Sequence record: NC_062582.1
Strand: one strand, 5' to 3'
Length of the DNA: 64,000 nucleotides
The notes under the pieces were generated by a model. That model was given only the letters and a program-made list of their open reading frames with translations. It did not search any database and was not told the origin of the DNA. The translations under genes were made by a program, and so were the position numbers. Shown here piece after piece: positions 48,620-57,393 of the stretch. Positions within the stretch are counted from its first letter, which is position 1. Each line of letters begins with the position of its first letter.

Positions 48620-50083
48620 ATGGGACTATACACTGAAGTAGTTGGTCATGATGACATGCATGATAACTTTAAAGGTAAGATCATTTATGCGAATGACTTT
48701 GCCACTAACACAGCAGAGGGTAAAGAAAGCTTTCAGCGTCACCTGTATTCCCACTATCAAGATGCCGATGCAATTGAAAACAGCGCAAGTTGTGAATGTG
48801 AGGCGATGACCCTTGCACACGACATTGGTGTGATCTGTGACAACTGTGGCCATCCGGTTGTATCTACTTCCAACCGCCCAATTGTACCATCCATGTGGTT
48901 GCGTGCACCAAACGGTGTTCCACGCATGATCTCTCCATTGTTGTTGATCATGTTGTCTGGTTATATGTCCATGAAGGAATTCAACTTCCTGGAATATCTA
49001 ATCAATACATCGTATCTATTTGACTATGATGAAATCGTATCGAAAGAAACAAAACGTAAACTGGACAAGTTGTTGCAGAAGAACTTCCCACGTGGGTTGA
49101 ATAACTTCGTTCAGAACTTTGATGAGATCTTCCAGTTCTTGCTGGATTCGAATATCATCAATAATAACAAAGCTGACATGAATGCGTTTGTACAAGCAAA
49201 CAAACATAAACTGTTTCCTCGTCACATTCCTATTCCATCTAAGTTGTGCTTCGTTGTTGAGTCGACTACATCTGGTTCGTATATCGATAAACCAATTGCA
49301 CCAGCTATTGATGCAGTGTTGACGTTTACCAGTATTGACCATAGCCCGATCCCACTGAAACCACAAACCGTTCAGAACCGTGTTGCAGGCGCTTTGCTTA
49401 AGATTGCAGAGTTCCATATCAACTACATCAAATCGCGTCTTGCACAGAAGCCTGGGTTGATTCGACGACATGTATTGGGCGGTCGTTTGAACCTAACTGC
49501 TCGTGGTGTAATTACTTCGATCAGTGACCCGCATGATTATGATGAACTGCATATTCCTTGGGGCATGGCATGTCAATTGCTTAAAGCGCATTTGATTAAC
49601 AAGCTCAAGCGGAAAATGCGATGGACTACTCGTAAGTGTATGTCTCACATCTATGCACACGTATTGCAATACTGCCCGATCCTTGATGAATGCTTTAAAG
49701 AACTCGTTAAGGAATCGAAGTATAAAGGTCTGGCATGTACGTTCCACCGAAACCCGACTTTGCAACGCGGTAGTACGCAGCGGTTCTTCATCACGATCAT
49801 CAAACCTGATCTGGGTGACAACTCGATCAGTATGTCTGTAATCTGTCTGAAGGCTCCTAACGCCGACTTCGACGGAGATCAGTTGAACCTTACCTTGTTG
49901 CCAGACAATTACCTTGCAGATGCTTGTGAGGCTATTGCACCGCACACATGGGTACTCTCTACAGATGATCCGCATGAGATCTCTGGTAACCTCGAACTAC
50001 AAGGACCGGTCGTTGAGACCGTGGTAAACTTTGCACATGAAGACTATCTCCCAAGCCTCGAAGATTGGTTGGCTGGAAAGTAA
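48620..50083 (+). CDS. non-virion RNA polymerase beta-prime-like subunit (phiKZ gp55-like)
   Basis: Zn-binding CxC..CxxC, RNPTL, catalytic APNADFDGDQ; follows chmA. Confidence 0.93.
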   Translation: MGLYTEVVGHDDMHDNFKGKIIYANDFATNTAEGKESFQRHLYSHYQDADAIENSASCECEAMTLAHDIGVICDNCGHPVVSTSNRPIVPSMWLRAPNGVPRMISPLLLIMLSGYMSMKEFNFLEYLINTSYLFDYDEIVSKETKRKLDKLLQKNFPRGLNNFVQNFDEIFQFLLDSNIINNNKADMNAFVQANKHKLFPRHIPIPSKLCFVVESTTSGSYIDKPIAPAIDAVLTFTSIDHSPIPLKPQTVQNRVAGALLKIAEFHINYIKSRLAQKPGLIRRHVLGGRLNLTARGVITSISDPHDYDELHIPWGMACQLLKAHLINKLKRKMRWTTRKCMSHIYAHVLQYCPILDECFKELVKESKYKGLACTFHRNPTLQRGSTQRFFITIIKPDLGDNSISMSVICLKAPNADFDGDQLNLTLLPDNYLADACEAIAPHTWVLSTDDPHEISGNLELQGPVVETVVNFAHEDYLPSLEDWLAGK

Positions 50084-51140
50084 AGTAATTGCGCTGTTTG
50101 GTTATTTCTTTGGGGAATCAGAAACACAGCATAAAGAGGAGAGCCCGTTAGGGGCTCTCGTTTCTGCCGCTGGCGTCAGATATACATTCCCAACTAAAAC
50201 CGAATGTTTCATTGGATCAACTGGTCAGAAACATTTAAGACCAATTCAATTTGAAATGGCTTACGGTGGAAATGGCGAACCGTTACCTATCGCTATAAAT
50301 AGCCTAGCGGATGATCCGAAATACGTACAATGTAAGTACTGCGATATTTACATGACTCCAGTTGATTACCATAGACACATTGGTAATGTAAGTAACAAAG
50401 AAATCGCTACAAGAAATGACCGTATCCCTGGTATCCCAGCTTGTAAAAATTACCCGATCAGATCCGTATCGACTGAACGGGCCGTATGGGTGGGAGATGG
50501 ATACAGAGAACTCTTTAGAGATGAGCGAGTAACTGATATGGCAATGGTAGAACGAATCCCTACGGTAAAGAATGAAGACGCAGAAGATCTTCTGACTGAT
50601 CCTGAAAATCTAGAAGATGAACGTGCTGGTTACACCTTCCCTGAAGTAGGTTATGAACGTATAGATGAACTTGGTAATACATGGCGATACTTGGGTAAGA
50701 ACGAGCGACTCGTAGAGCTACCGGGACTGGATGCGTATCAAGATGCTTTGGTGCGACTGCATCGTCATCGGATAATCTCCGATGCGGTAAAGTCAGATAA
50801 GCCTGTAATGATTCGTTTTGTTCGGGATAACTATAACGCCGAACCTAACGATTATTTCAGCGTAGAGTTAAACGGTAAGTTACGTAAGTTCACTTTGGAA
50901 GAAGATTATAAAAGCGATTTTCATCCGATGTTCCGTTTTACTAAAGGCATAACAGAGCATCGTCTATGTCATGATGGTTCTTGCGTAGCTTTGATTGAAG
51001 TTAGTTACGACGTCCACAGTTCTGCAACTGTAACAAAAGCGACAAACAAAAATGGCGAGTTGACCGAATTCTTCTTACCTAGTACGCACGAGTTCTTTAA
51101 ATACGTAATCGTAGAAGCCACGGCATCGGAGATTTTGTAA
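50031..51140 (+). CDS. hypothetical protein (true start probably at or after 50256)
   Basis: hairpin at 50140-50160 lies inside the nominal N-terminus; CKYC..H motif. Confidence 0.65.
   Translation: MHMKTISQASKIGWLESKVIALFGYFFGESETQHKEESPLGALVSAAGVRYTFPTKTECFIGSTGQKHLRPIQFEMAYGGNGEPLPIAINSLADDPKYVQCKYCDIYMTPVDYHRHIGNVSNKEIATRNDRIPGIPACKNYPIRSVSTERAVWVGDGYRELFRDERVTDMAMVERIPTVKNEDAEDLLTDPENLEDERAGYTFPEVGYERIDELGNTWRYLGKNERLVELPGLDAYQDALVRLHRHRIISDAVKSDKPVMIRFVRDNYNAEPNDYFSVELNGKLRKFTLEEDYKSDFHPMFRFTKGITEHRLCHDGSCVALIEVSYDVHSSATVTKATNKNGELTEFFLPSTHEFFKYVIVEATASEIL
50140..50165 (+). terminator. hairpin after RNAP gene
   Basis: GAGAGCCC-GTTA-GGGGCTCTC. Confidence 0.55.
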
Positions 51141-51874
51141 TGAATTGGACATTTAATCCATTGGGCTTTTTTAGTAAGCAAGCAAAGTCTGTACCTACTA
51201 CAACGTTTATTGAGGACGAGCCAGAAATGATAGAAGAAGAACATAGCCCGGACGACTGTGTTGAGATTCCCCTTAATCACGCGCAATTGTTCTTTGATAA
51301 AGTATTTGGGACAGCTAGTGACGACGCCAAGATCACTCTTGAAAAGTGGTTCGAGCACCTAAAGAAAGAAAATAATCTTACGACCCAGGAAGAAGTGGTC
51401 GAGTATATTTGGGAGGGCGTGGGTAAGCCGGATATGGGTGAACAAAGCGATAAGAACTTTTTTGATAGTTCTTGGCAGGTTGTCCATTATGCTGTGATGG
51501 CAGTATGGAACTGGTACGGCGAATGGCGAGAGGAAGTAGCGAAGTACGTTGTATTCGAGAATATCGATGGTAGCTGGTTTGTAACCGCAGACCATCGTCA
51601 ATTCCCTGTACAGTTTGGAGACCAACCAAAGAACCACGACATCATTCCAATACCGTTCTATAATTTCAAGAACGGTAAAGCTATTATGCACATGAGAACC
51701 AATGATGGTGTTGTGTCTATGATCATTGGAACAGACTACCGTATTAAAACGGCTTTGGATGAACAGGGCAAACATATTGATAAGTTCACTGTGAAGCGTT
51801 CTGGTAATGTTTGTGATCTGTTGGTTATCACCACAACCCTGACTGACTTCCTAAGAGAAAACAAAAATGTGTAA
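51140..51874 (+). CDS. hypothetical protein
   Basis: TAATG coupling, GGAG SD. Confidence 0.8.
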   Translation: MNWTFNPLGFFSKQAKSVPTTTFIEDEPEMIEEEHSPDDCVEIPLNHAQLFFDKVFGTASDDAKITLEKWFEHLKKENNLTTQEEVVEYIWEGVGKPDMGEQSDKNFFDSSWQVVHYAVMAVWNWYGEWREEVAKYVVFENIDGSWFVTADHRQFPVQFGDQPKNHDIIPIPFYNFKNGKAIMHMRTNDGVVSMIIGTDYRIKTALDEQGKHIDKFTVKRSGNVCDLLVITTTLTDFLRENKNV

Positions 51875-52244
51875 GATTACTTATGACCATACTTTTAAGC
51901 GCTGGTATAGTGCTGATGGTAAACCGGTAGTGTTTCAAGTAAAGACTGCTGGCTTTGCTATTGAGCTTGATAACGATACTACAGTTGAGTTGTTTATCAA
52001 AGGTAGAGAGTTCTGGATTACTGATCACGATGTCAGTGATGGTAATACCTTTAACATCTTTGAATCCTTTAAGGGTGATATTCAACTATGGGAGTTTGAG
52101 ATTGATAGAGGTCATCCTGCATATGAATTCTTTAAGAAGGAGATGACTGGGGATGGTTATGAGTTCTTTAAAAAGGAAATGATTAAAGATAATAAGGTGT
52201 ATTTGAAACCTCTTGATGCTACTGATAATTGGCAACGTTATTAG
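51867..52244 (+). CDS. hypothetical with YEFFKKEM tandem repeat
   Basis: overlap with previous ORF. Confidence 0.75.
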   Translation: MCKITYDHTFKRWYSADGKPVVFQVKTAGFAIELDNDTTVELFIKGREFWITDHDVSDGNTFNIFESFKGDIQLWEFEIDRGHPAYEFFKKEMTGDGYEFFKKEMIKDNKVYLKPLDATDNWQRY

Positions 52245-52280
52245 TAGTTTAAAGTTAAAGAATACTTTTCTGCCATCTAA

Positions 52281-52430
52281 TATGTATCTAGGTGACTAAG
52301 AGCAAAGGAGGAAGGCTTTATTTCCTAAATCTCATACGCTAGTATGAGAAGCCTTATCCTTCTTTTGATCTTAGTGTGTAACACTGTGCTACACTACAAG
52401 AGTGGAGGGGTGTCCAAAACACCCTGTAAC
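52281..52430 (+). ncRNA. candidate structured leader/sRNA
   Basis: ~80-nt interrupted hairpin 52295-52375 plus two hairpins, just after a TATG. Confidence 0.5.
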
Positions 52431-52448
52431 GACTTAAGAGGAACAATC

Positions 52449-52643
52449 ATGCTAAGACATAAAGTTGAAAAGATTATTGAAGAACTGAATAGCAATAAGC
52501 TAAGTGCTAATACAGAGATCCTAATCAAGAAGATTTTAGTAGCAGCAGTGGAAGTTTACGAAATCCCTGGAACATGTGGTATTCGTTATTCCTTTGATGA
52601 AGCAGTAAACAACCCAGATGCTCCAATTACTTTGGAAGACTAA
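52449..52643 (+). CDS. small hypothetical
   Basis: GAGGA SD. Confidence 0.7.
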   Translation: MLRHKVEKIIEELNSNKLSANTEILIKKILVAAVEVYEIPGTCGIRYSFDEAVNNPDAPITLED

Positions 52644-52644
52644 A

Positions 52645-52959
52645 ATGTTTAAAGCAATCTGTCAATTCTTTACAAGGGGTTATAAACCTCGTTATGTCCC
52701 TAAGATCGATGCACTGAAAGCTTTAGACAAAACAACCCCTGATGCATGGGTACTGGCTAGCGAGATTAATGCAATTCTTCGTGAACTGGAAAACCCCGAT
52801 GGGATGTCTTTAGGGAGGCGTCAGCAATTGGGTCGGATGCTACATGGCATTATGGAAATTTCTGTAGAGCATACTCCACGCTATGCAAACCCAAGATTGA
52901 ACATTATGGCGGTAATGGATCAAGCTTTGTTTGATATTGGCTACTCTTACAAAATCTAA
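52645..52959 (+). CDS. hypothetical protein
   Basis: ORF in operon. Confidence 0.75.
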   Translation: MFKAICQFFTRGYKPRYVPKIDALKALDKTTPDAWVLASEINAILRELENPDGMSLGRRQQLGRMLHGIMEISVEHTPRYANPRLNIMAVMDQALFDIGYSYKI

Positions 52960-52971
52960 AGAGGTTACGCA

Positions 52972-53343
52972 ATGCGTCTTGACTTTTATAATCACGGTAC
53001 CGCACGTATACATTCAGAATATACCGATCTACGTTTACAACCGAACTTCCCTCACTTTACTGAACTGGGTGGTGACGCTAAGATTACAGTTGACACCAAT
53101 AAACGCCGTGTTGTCTTTAAGCAGAGTGGTCACGAACACGAATACAACAATGTTGATTTTGTTGTTAACCGAGCGTTAGAAGGTTATGAGTTTGAATTCA
53201 AACGACCGAGTCTTGGAGGCTGTGTATTAGAGGTAAGCTTTAACTTTGCACTCCAAGGCATCATTGCTATCTATTTCACAACCCCTGAAACGGTCAGTAG
53301 AGAAACCGCAGAAACCATTCACGCAAATGGTTACAAATACTAA
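52972..53343 (+). CDS. hypothetical, paralog pair D
   Basis: VFKQ.G.E..Y..V; NGY end. Confidence 0.8.
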   Translation: MRLDFYNHGTARIHSEYTDLRLQPNFPHFTELGGDAKITVDTNKRRVVFKQSGHEHEYNNVDFVVNRALEGYEFEFKRPSLGGCVLEVSFNFALQGIIAIYFTTPETVSRETAETIHANGYKY

Positions 53344-53355
53344 TAGGGATTTACC

Positions 53356-53724
53356 ATGGATCTGTTTTGCTATGACAGTGGCTACAATGTAGTTCACCAG
53401 GATAAGTTTACTCTCGAAGACAATACCATACCACATATCTCGAAACATGGTGGTCGCATTTCGATTGACCTGCACCCTAAAGACAAGACAATTGTTTTTA
53501 AACAGGATGGGGTAGAATATGCGTATACTCAAGTTAGCTACAAAGTTAACTTTGATATGGAAGAGTATGCATTTAAGTTTCATAAACCAACCTCTACTAC
53601 CCTGACTGTAGAAGTGGGTCAGAAGTTTGCTTTGAGGAATATTGTAAGTATGGTTCTTACACCATTTGATCGTGCCGATAATGAAAATCGAGCTATCATG
53701 CGTTCCAATGGCTACACACTCTAA
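53356..53724 (+). CDS. hypothetical, paralog pair D
   Basis: VFKQDGVEYAY; NGY end. Confidence 0.8.
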   Translation: MDLFCYDSGYNVVHQDKFTLEDNTIPHISKHGGRISIDLHPKDKTIVFKQDGVEYAYTQVSYKVNFDMEEYAFKFHKPTSTTLTVEVGQKFALRNIVSMVLTPFDRADNENRAIMRSNGYTL

Positions 53725-53738
53725 ATAAGGGGAATACA

Positions 53739-54257
53739 ATGACCAAGACTGAAGACTTCAAGAACTACTACGATATTCAGGGCAACCTGCTGTCCGGTGA
53801 CGTAACACTGAGTGTTGATCCTGAAACACAAGAGACCATGATCTATGTTGGCGGTATCCGTGTGTTCCGTATCGTGGATAACAAAGCTAAGGTCAAGATT
53901 ACAATCTACTCTAACGAAGAAGTTTCCCATTCTCAGGTAGTGGGTGCAGTGGTTTCTAAATCTCCAGAAGTGATGTTTGCTTATCAGGAATTTAATACAG
54001 TGGTATTGCCTGAGTTGACTAACTTCCGTTTGGAGATTAATCCAGCTAAAGGTAATCTTGCAGTCTTTAAACAGATGCCTGACAATAGTTGGGCTACAGC
54101 GGACTTGGGTGATACCAATCGGTTTGTTATTGCTGGCGGTGGTACTTACTTGTTCATGGTTAAACATTTCGAAGGCGAAGGTTGGACTTTCCAAGCACTC
54201 CATACGTTCCTTGGTTTGAAAGCTACCCGCATCGATATTACAGTACAAACAGATTGA
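53739..54257 (+). CDS. hypothetical protein
   Basis: AAGGGG SD. Confidence 0.8.
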   Translation: MTKTEDFKNYYDIQGNLLSGDVTLSVDPETQETMIYVGGIRVFRIVDNKAKVKITIYSNEEVSHSQVVGAVVSKSPEVMFAYQEFNTVVLPELTNFRLEINPAKGNLAVFKQMPDNSWATADLGDTNRFVIAGGGTYLFMVKHFEGEGWTFQALHTFLGLKATRIDITVQTD

Positions 54258-54305
54258 CATCTATATAACAGGGATGTAAGACAAACGGAATAAGGGGACT
54301 TGAGT

Positions 54306-54920
54306 ATGTTGCAACAAACATACGGCGTCGACTTAATGGATATTGCAGCAGGTGGCCATATGGACACCAATACCGTTAATTGGCTAGCCGATAGAAGCAT
54401 GGCCTTACGAGAGACCATTGGTAGTGTGGCCATGAATTGGTTAGATACTGCCAGATCTTTTGTACAGGTTATCGATACAAGTAGTGCCATTCAGGCATTG
54501 CGGAACATTACAAGTAAACAAGAAGGGATGTGGAACACTAACAACATCCATCAGTGTAGAACGATTGAAGAACTACAAACTGCTAACCCGGTACAGCAAC
54601 GATACATCATGGCTGAACCACGTCTGCGTGATATGTTCTTAAATAACTCTGTTGAAGGTTATGGCGATTCCTATACCAACTTCCAAGGTGATGCAATCGG
54701 CATCAAGCAATTTGACTATCGTCAAGTAACTGATGGTATCATGCTTGAACAACCAGATGAAACATTTGTAGTTAACACGTTCTATGAAACCATTCCAGAT
54801 GGTGACCTAGAACTAACCCTGCACCAGAAAGTGGATATCCTGCGTAACTGGAACATGGTTAACGTTGCACTCGATGCAGCAGAGATGGACCCAACCAGTC
54901 AGGTTGGTAACATGCTCTAA
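54306..54920 (+). CDS. conserved core protein (phiKZ gp59-like position; gp59 is import factor Imp3)
   Basis: synteny and size only. Confidence 0.55.
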   Translation: MLQQTYGVDLMDIAAGGHMDTNTVNWLADRSMALRETIGSVAMNWLDTARSFVQVIDTSSAIQALRNITSKQEGMWNTNNIHQCRTIEELQTANPVQQRYIMAEPRLRDMFLNNSVEGYGDSYTNFQGDAIGIKQFDYRQVTDGIMLEQPDETFVVNTFYETIPDGDLELTLHQKVDILRNWNMVNVALDAAEMDPTSQVGNML

Positions 54921-54922
54921 CA

Positions 54923-54957
54923 GCATAAATGCCTCTCCTTCGGGAGAGGCTTTATAA
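54923..54957 (+). terminator. hairpin
   Basis: GCATAAAT-GCCTCTCC-TTCG-GGAGAGGC-TTTATA. Confidence 0.8.
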
Positions 54958-54975
54958 CCTAATGGGGAAATACCA

Positions 54976-55410
54976 ATGTCGTATACGAGTCTTAATGAAT
55001 ACCCGTCTGATGTAACTGGCCTAATGGTTTCCAGGTTACGTGATCCCAATAAGACCATGTTGTTTTATCGTAATAACAAAGGTGTCTTTGCCTTTGAAGG
55101 TAATCCCGATCTATCGGAAAAGGATCATTATACACGCAACTTGTTTTCACCCGATGCCATGCGTAATCTAATCATGAAAGGAAACGGTGCATATACCACC
55201 CCTATTAAACATGCGGTGATTCTACATGACGGGAAAAAGTATCTACTACCATGGGAAAGCATTGCACACATGACATATGTCTGTCGTGAGATCTGGTTGG
55301 ATAAAGGCGAAGATGGTTTTGAAGAAGTGAATGTACTGGAACTCCCTGAAGACCATCCTGGTACTTTGTTCTTCGTTAAAGAAGTCACTGGTATTTCGGT
55401 TAAAAGGTGA
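54976..55410 (+). CDS. hypothetical protein
   Basis: GGGG SD. Confidence 0.75.
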   Translation: MSYTSLNEYPSDVTGLMVSRLRDPNKTMLFYRNNKGVFAFEGNPDLSEKDHYTRNLFSPDAMRNLIMKGNGAYTTPIKHAVILHDGKKYLLPWESIAHMTYVCREIWLDKGEDGFEEVNVLELPEDHPGTLFFVKEVTGISVKR

Positions 55411-55413
55411 GTT

Positions 55414-55731
55414 ATGAAATTACCTAAAAAGGCACTACGTCGTAACACCGTGGTCATTCATAAAGACGGTACATTCTACGGTCGAGTTATCCGTGTTCTC
55501 CCAGATGGTAATATTTTCTGGTTGAACTCGGGGAAGCATTTTATTATATCTAAACCAGAAGATCTTCAGACTGGTTATAAAGGTTGTAAAATGTATCGCG
55601 GAGTTCGTGAACAAGTATTAGCTTTTATTCACATGACTACGTTGCGTCACTTGAAGAAGAAAGCTCAGCGATTCCATTATGAATACGCACACAATACACC
55701 ACTTGATTATCACTTCATCCAACGGATGTAA
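55414..55731 (+). CDS. basic hypothetical protein
   Basis: ORF in operon. Confidence 0.7.
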   Translation: MKLPKKALRRNTVVIHKDGTFYGRVIRVLPDGNIFWLNSGKHFIISKPEDLQTGYKGCKMYRGVREQVLAFIHMTTLRHLKKKAQRFHYEYAHNTPLDYHFIQRM

Positions 55732-55732
55732 T

Positions 55733-56047
55733 ATGACTATCCCTCAAACAGCATTAGATCAATGGCTGGTTGATAAAGGTATTCGCTCCGCTTATGAAGT
55801 TAATTCAGGCGACTGTGAAAACTTTGCAATGGATCACCAAGAATATATACCGGGCAGCGAAATAATAGGTACTGACAACATGCTAGGTTGGGACACAGAT
55901 TATCCTGGTCACATCTGGTTGTTTGACGGTTCCAAACACTACGATAGCGAAGCCCTCGAAGGAGTGGTTGACTATCTAGACCTACCTATCTTCAAAAGGT
56001 ATATTAATCGGAGTTCTACGAATGACGCAGGTAACGTATCACTTTAA
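55733..56047 (+). CDS. minimal papain/transglutaminase-like Cys-His-Asp protein
   Basis: NSGDCENFA..GHIWL..HYDSE. Confidence 0.7.
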   Translation: MTIPQTALDQWLVDKGIRSAYEVNSGDCENFAMDHQEYIPGSEIIGTDNMLGWDTDYPGHIWLFDGSKHYDSEALEGVVDYLDLPIFKRYINRSSTNDAGNVSL

Positions 56048-56414
56048 GAAAGAGCAAGAAGGCTGGATCGTTTACGACCATCAGTTTGGTGGTGGTGATA
56101 AACCAGTCACTAAAGAGTTTATGAAGGAAACCCTCTACGATCGCTTCCAAGCCATTCTACCAGACGACATGCATAATGTCGTAGACAAGTGTCGCATGAA
56201 GCTTCCAGCGTACTTACAGTTCGATGGACACAAGGTTAATAGCGATGCAGGTCAACTTGATACGACTCTGGAACTCTACATCCGTAAGAACCAGATCGAA
56301 GCTGTTTGCGTGATGGTTCAAGGTAGCCAAGGTTCAGTAGCCCGTGTACCAACTAACCAGTTCAGTCTGGTGTTGCCGTATATGGATCTTCTACCGTCCG
56401 AGAAAGTACAATGA
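56022..56414 (+). CDS. hypothetical protein
   Basis: GGAG SD. Confidence 0.75.
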   Translation: MTQVTYHFKKEQEGWIVYDHQFGGGDKPVTKEFMKETLYDRFQAILPDDMHNVVDKCRMKLPAYLQFDGHKVNSDAGQLDTTLELYIRKNQIEAVCVMVQGSQGSVARVPTNQFSLVLPYMDLLPSEKVQ

Positions 56415-56423
56415 TGTGATCTT

Positions 56424-56465
56424 GGGGAGCCTTCGGGTTCCCCATACTACCCTCATTTTTTTTGG
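56424..56465 (+). terminator. hairpin
   Basis: GGGGAGCC-TTCG-GGTTCCCC, T-run downstream. Confidence 0.7.
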
Positions 56466-56473
56466 TATTTTTC

Positions 56474-56890
56474 ATGGCTAAAATGATTCCAACTATGCAA
56501 GCCGTAGGTTGGGTTGGTGATTTAGCTAACGCAGCTGATTCCATCCTTGCCGCATTCCTCACAACAAATACACATATGTCAGTATTACATCGGAGTCAAA
56601 ATACTTCGATGCAGAATATTCTGAAAGAAACTGCTGGTGACATGATCGAATTACAAGACCAACTACAAACTAACCTGCAAGCTAAATTGCAAACAGTATT
56701 CGGTGATAACGCCGTTGCTGTGGTTACTGTAGATGCACTGGCTAATAAACCAGATCAGTTCAACATTCGATTCACCGGTACAGTCTATGACAATTCAGGT
56801 AAAGCCTTTACTGTAGGCAAGCTTGTTAAGTTCCTAGATTCCAAGATCATACAAATTGCCGATATCAACAACGGAGAACCAACACAATGA
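56474..56890 (+). CDS. conserved core protein (gp62-like position)
   Basis: synteny before sbcD block. Confidence 0.7.
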   Translation: MAKMIPTMQAVGWVGDLANAADSILAAFLTTNTHMSVLHRSQNTSMQNILKETAGDMIELQDQLQTNLQAKLQTVFGDNAVAVVTVDALANKPDQFNIRFTGTVYDNSGKAFTVGKLVKFLDSKIIQIADINNGEPTQ

Positions 56891-57393
56891 CCGATCAAGC
56901 TCAGCAAAACGATGCACAATCGATTCAGATCGAACGTCTGCAACGTACCATCGAACAACTTAAAACCCGCGCTGAAAGTCAGGAAGAAGTAGTTAAAGCT
57001 ATTCTTGAAACCATGAAGAAAGGCGAGACCCTTTTCGAATTGCGTTGCAGTCGTGTATTGCTTGACATCTTTAAAGGTTTGACCCATAACCTCGAACACA
57101 GTATCGAACATGCTCAAGAAGATTTCCGTCTTCAAGAACAAGGTTTTGATATCGTTGTAATCGATGGTAAAACCAACAAAGAAAACCCAGCTTCTATTCT
57201 GGTGCGTAAGACTGAGAAAGGTTACGACTATTCTCCAGCAGCCGATCCAGAAAATGTCATGAACGAAAACACTGCTGCCTTCAGCATGTACTTCGATCGT
57301 AACCCACAGATCTTCGGTGACGCAACTGAACTGTTGGTGAACATCAAAGTTCTGACTCGTCCACCACAAGCGGAAGAGGCAAGTAATGGCTGA
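56887..57393 (+). CDS. conserved core protein (gp63-like position), N-terminal coiled coil
   Basis: GGAG SD, ATGA overlap. Confidence 0.75.
   Translation: MTDQAQQNDAQSIQIERLQRTIEQLKTRAESQEEVVKAILETMKKGETLFELRCSRVLLDIFKGLTHNLEHSIEHAQEDFRLQEQGFDIVVIDGKTNKENPASILVRKTEKGYDYSPAADPENVMNENTAAFSMYFDRNPQIFGDATELLVNIKVLTRPPQAEEASNG

Noticed and set aside
52344-52448. Signal-peptide-like extension MRSLILLLILVC
   Set aside because: ATG buried in a stem with no SD at proper spacing; hydrophobicity follows from the T-rich hairpin arm; strong SD at 52438-42 supports the 52449 start.
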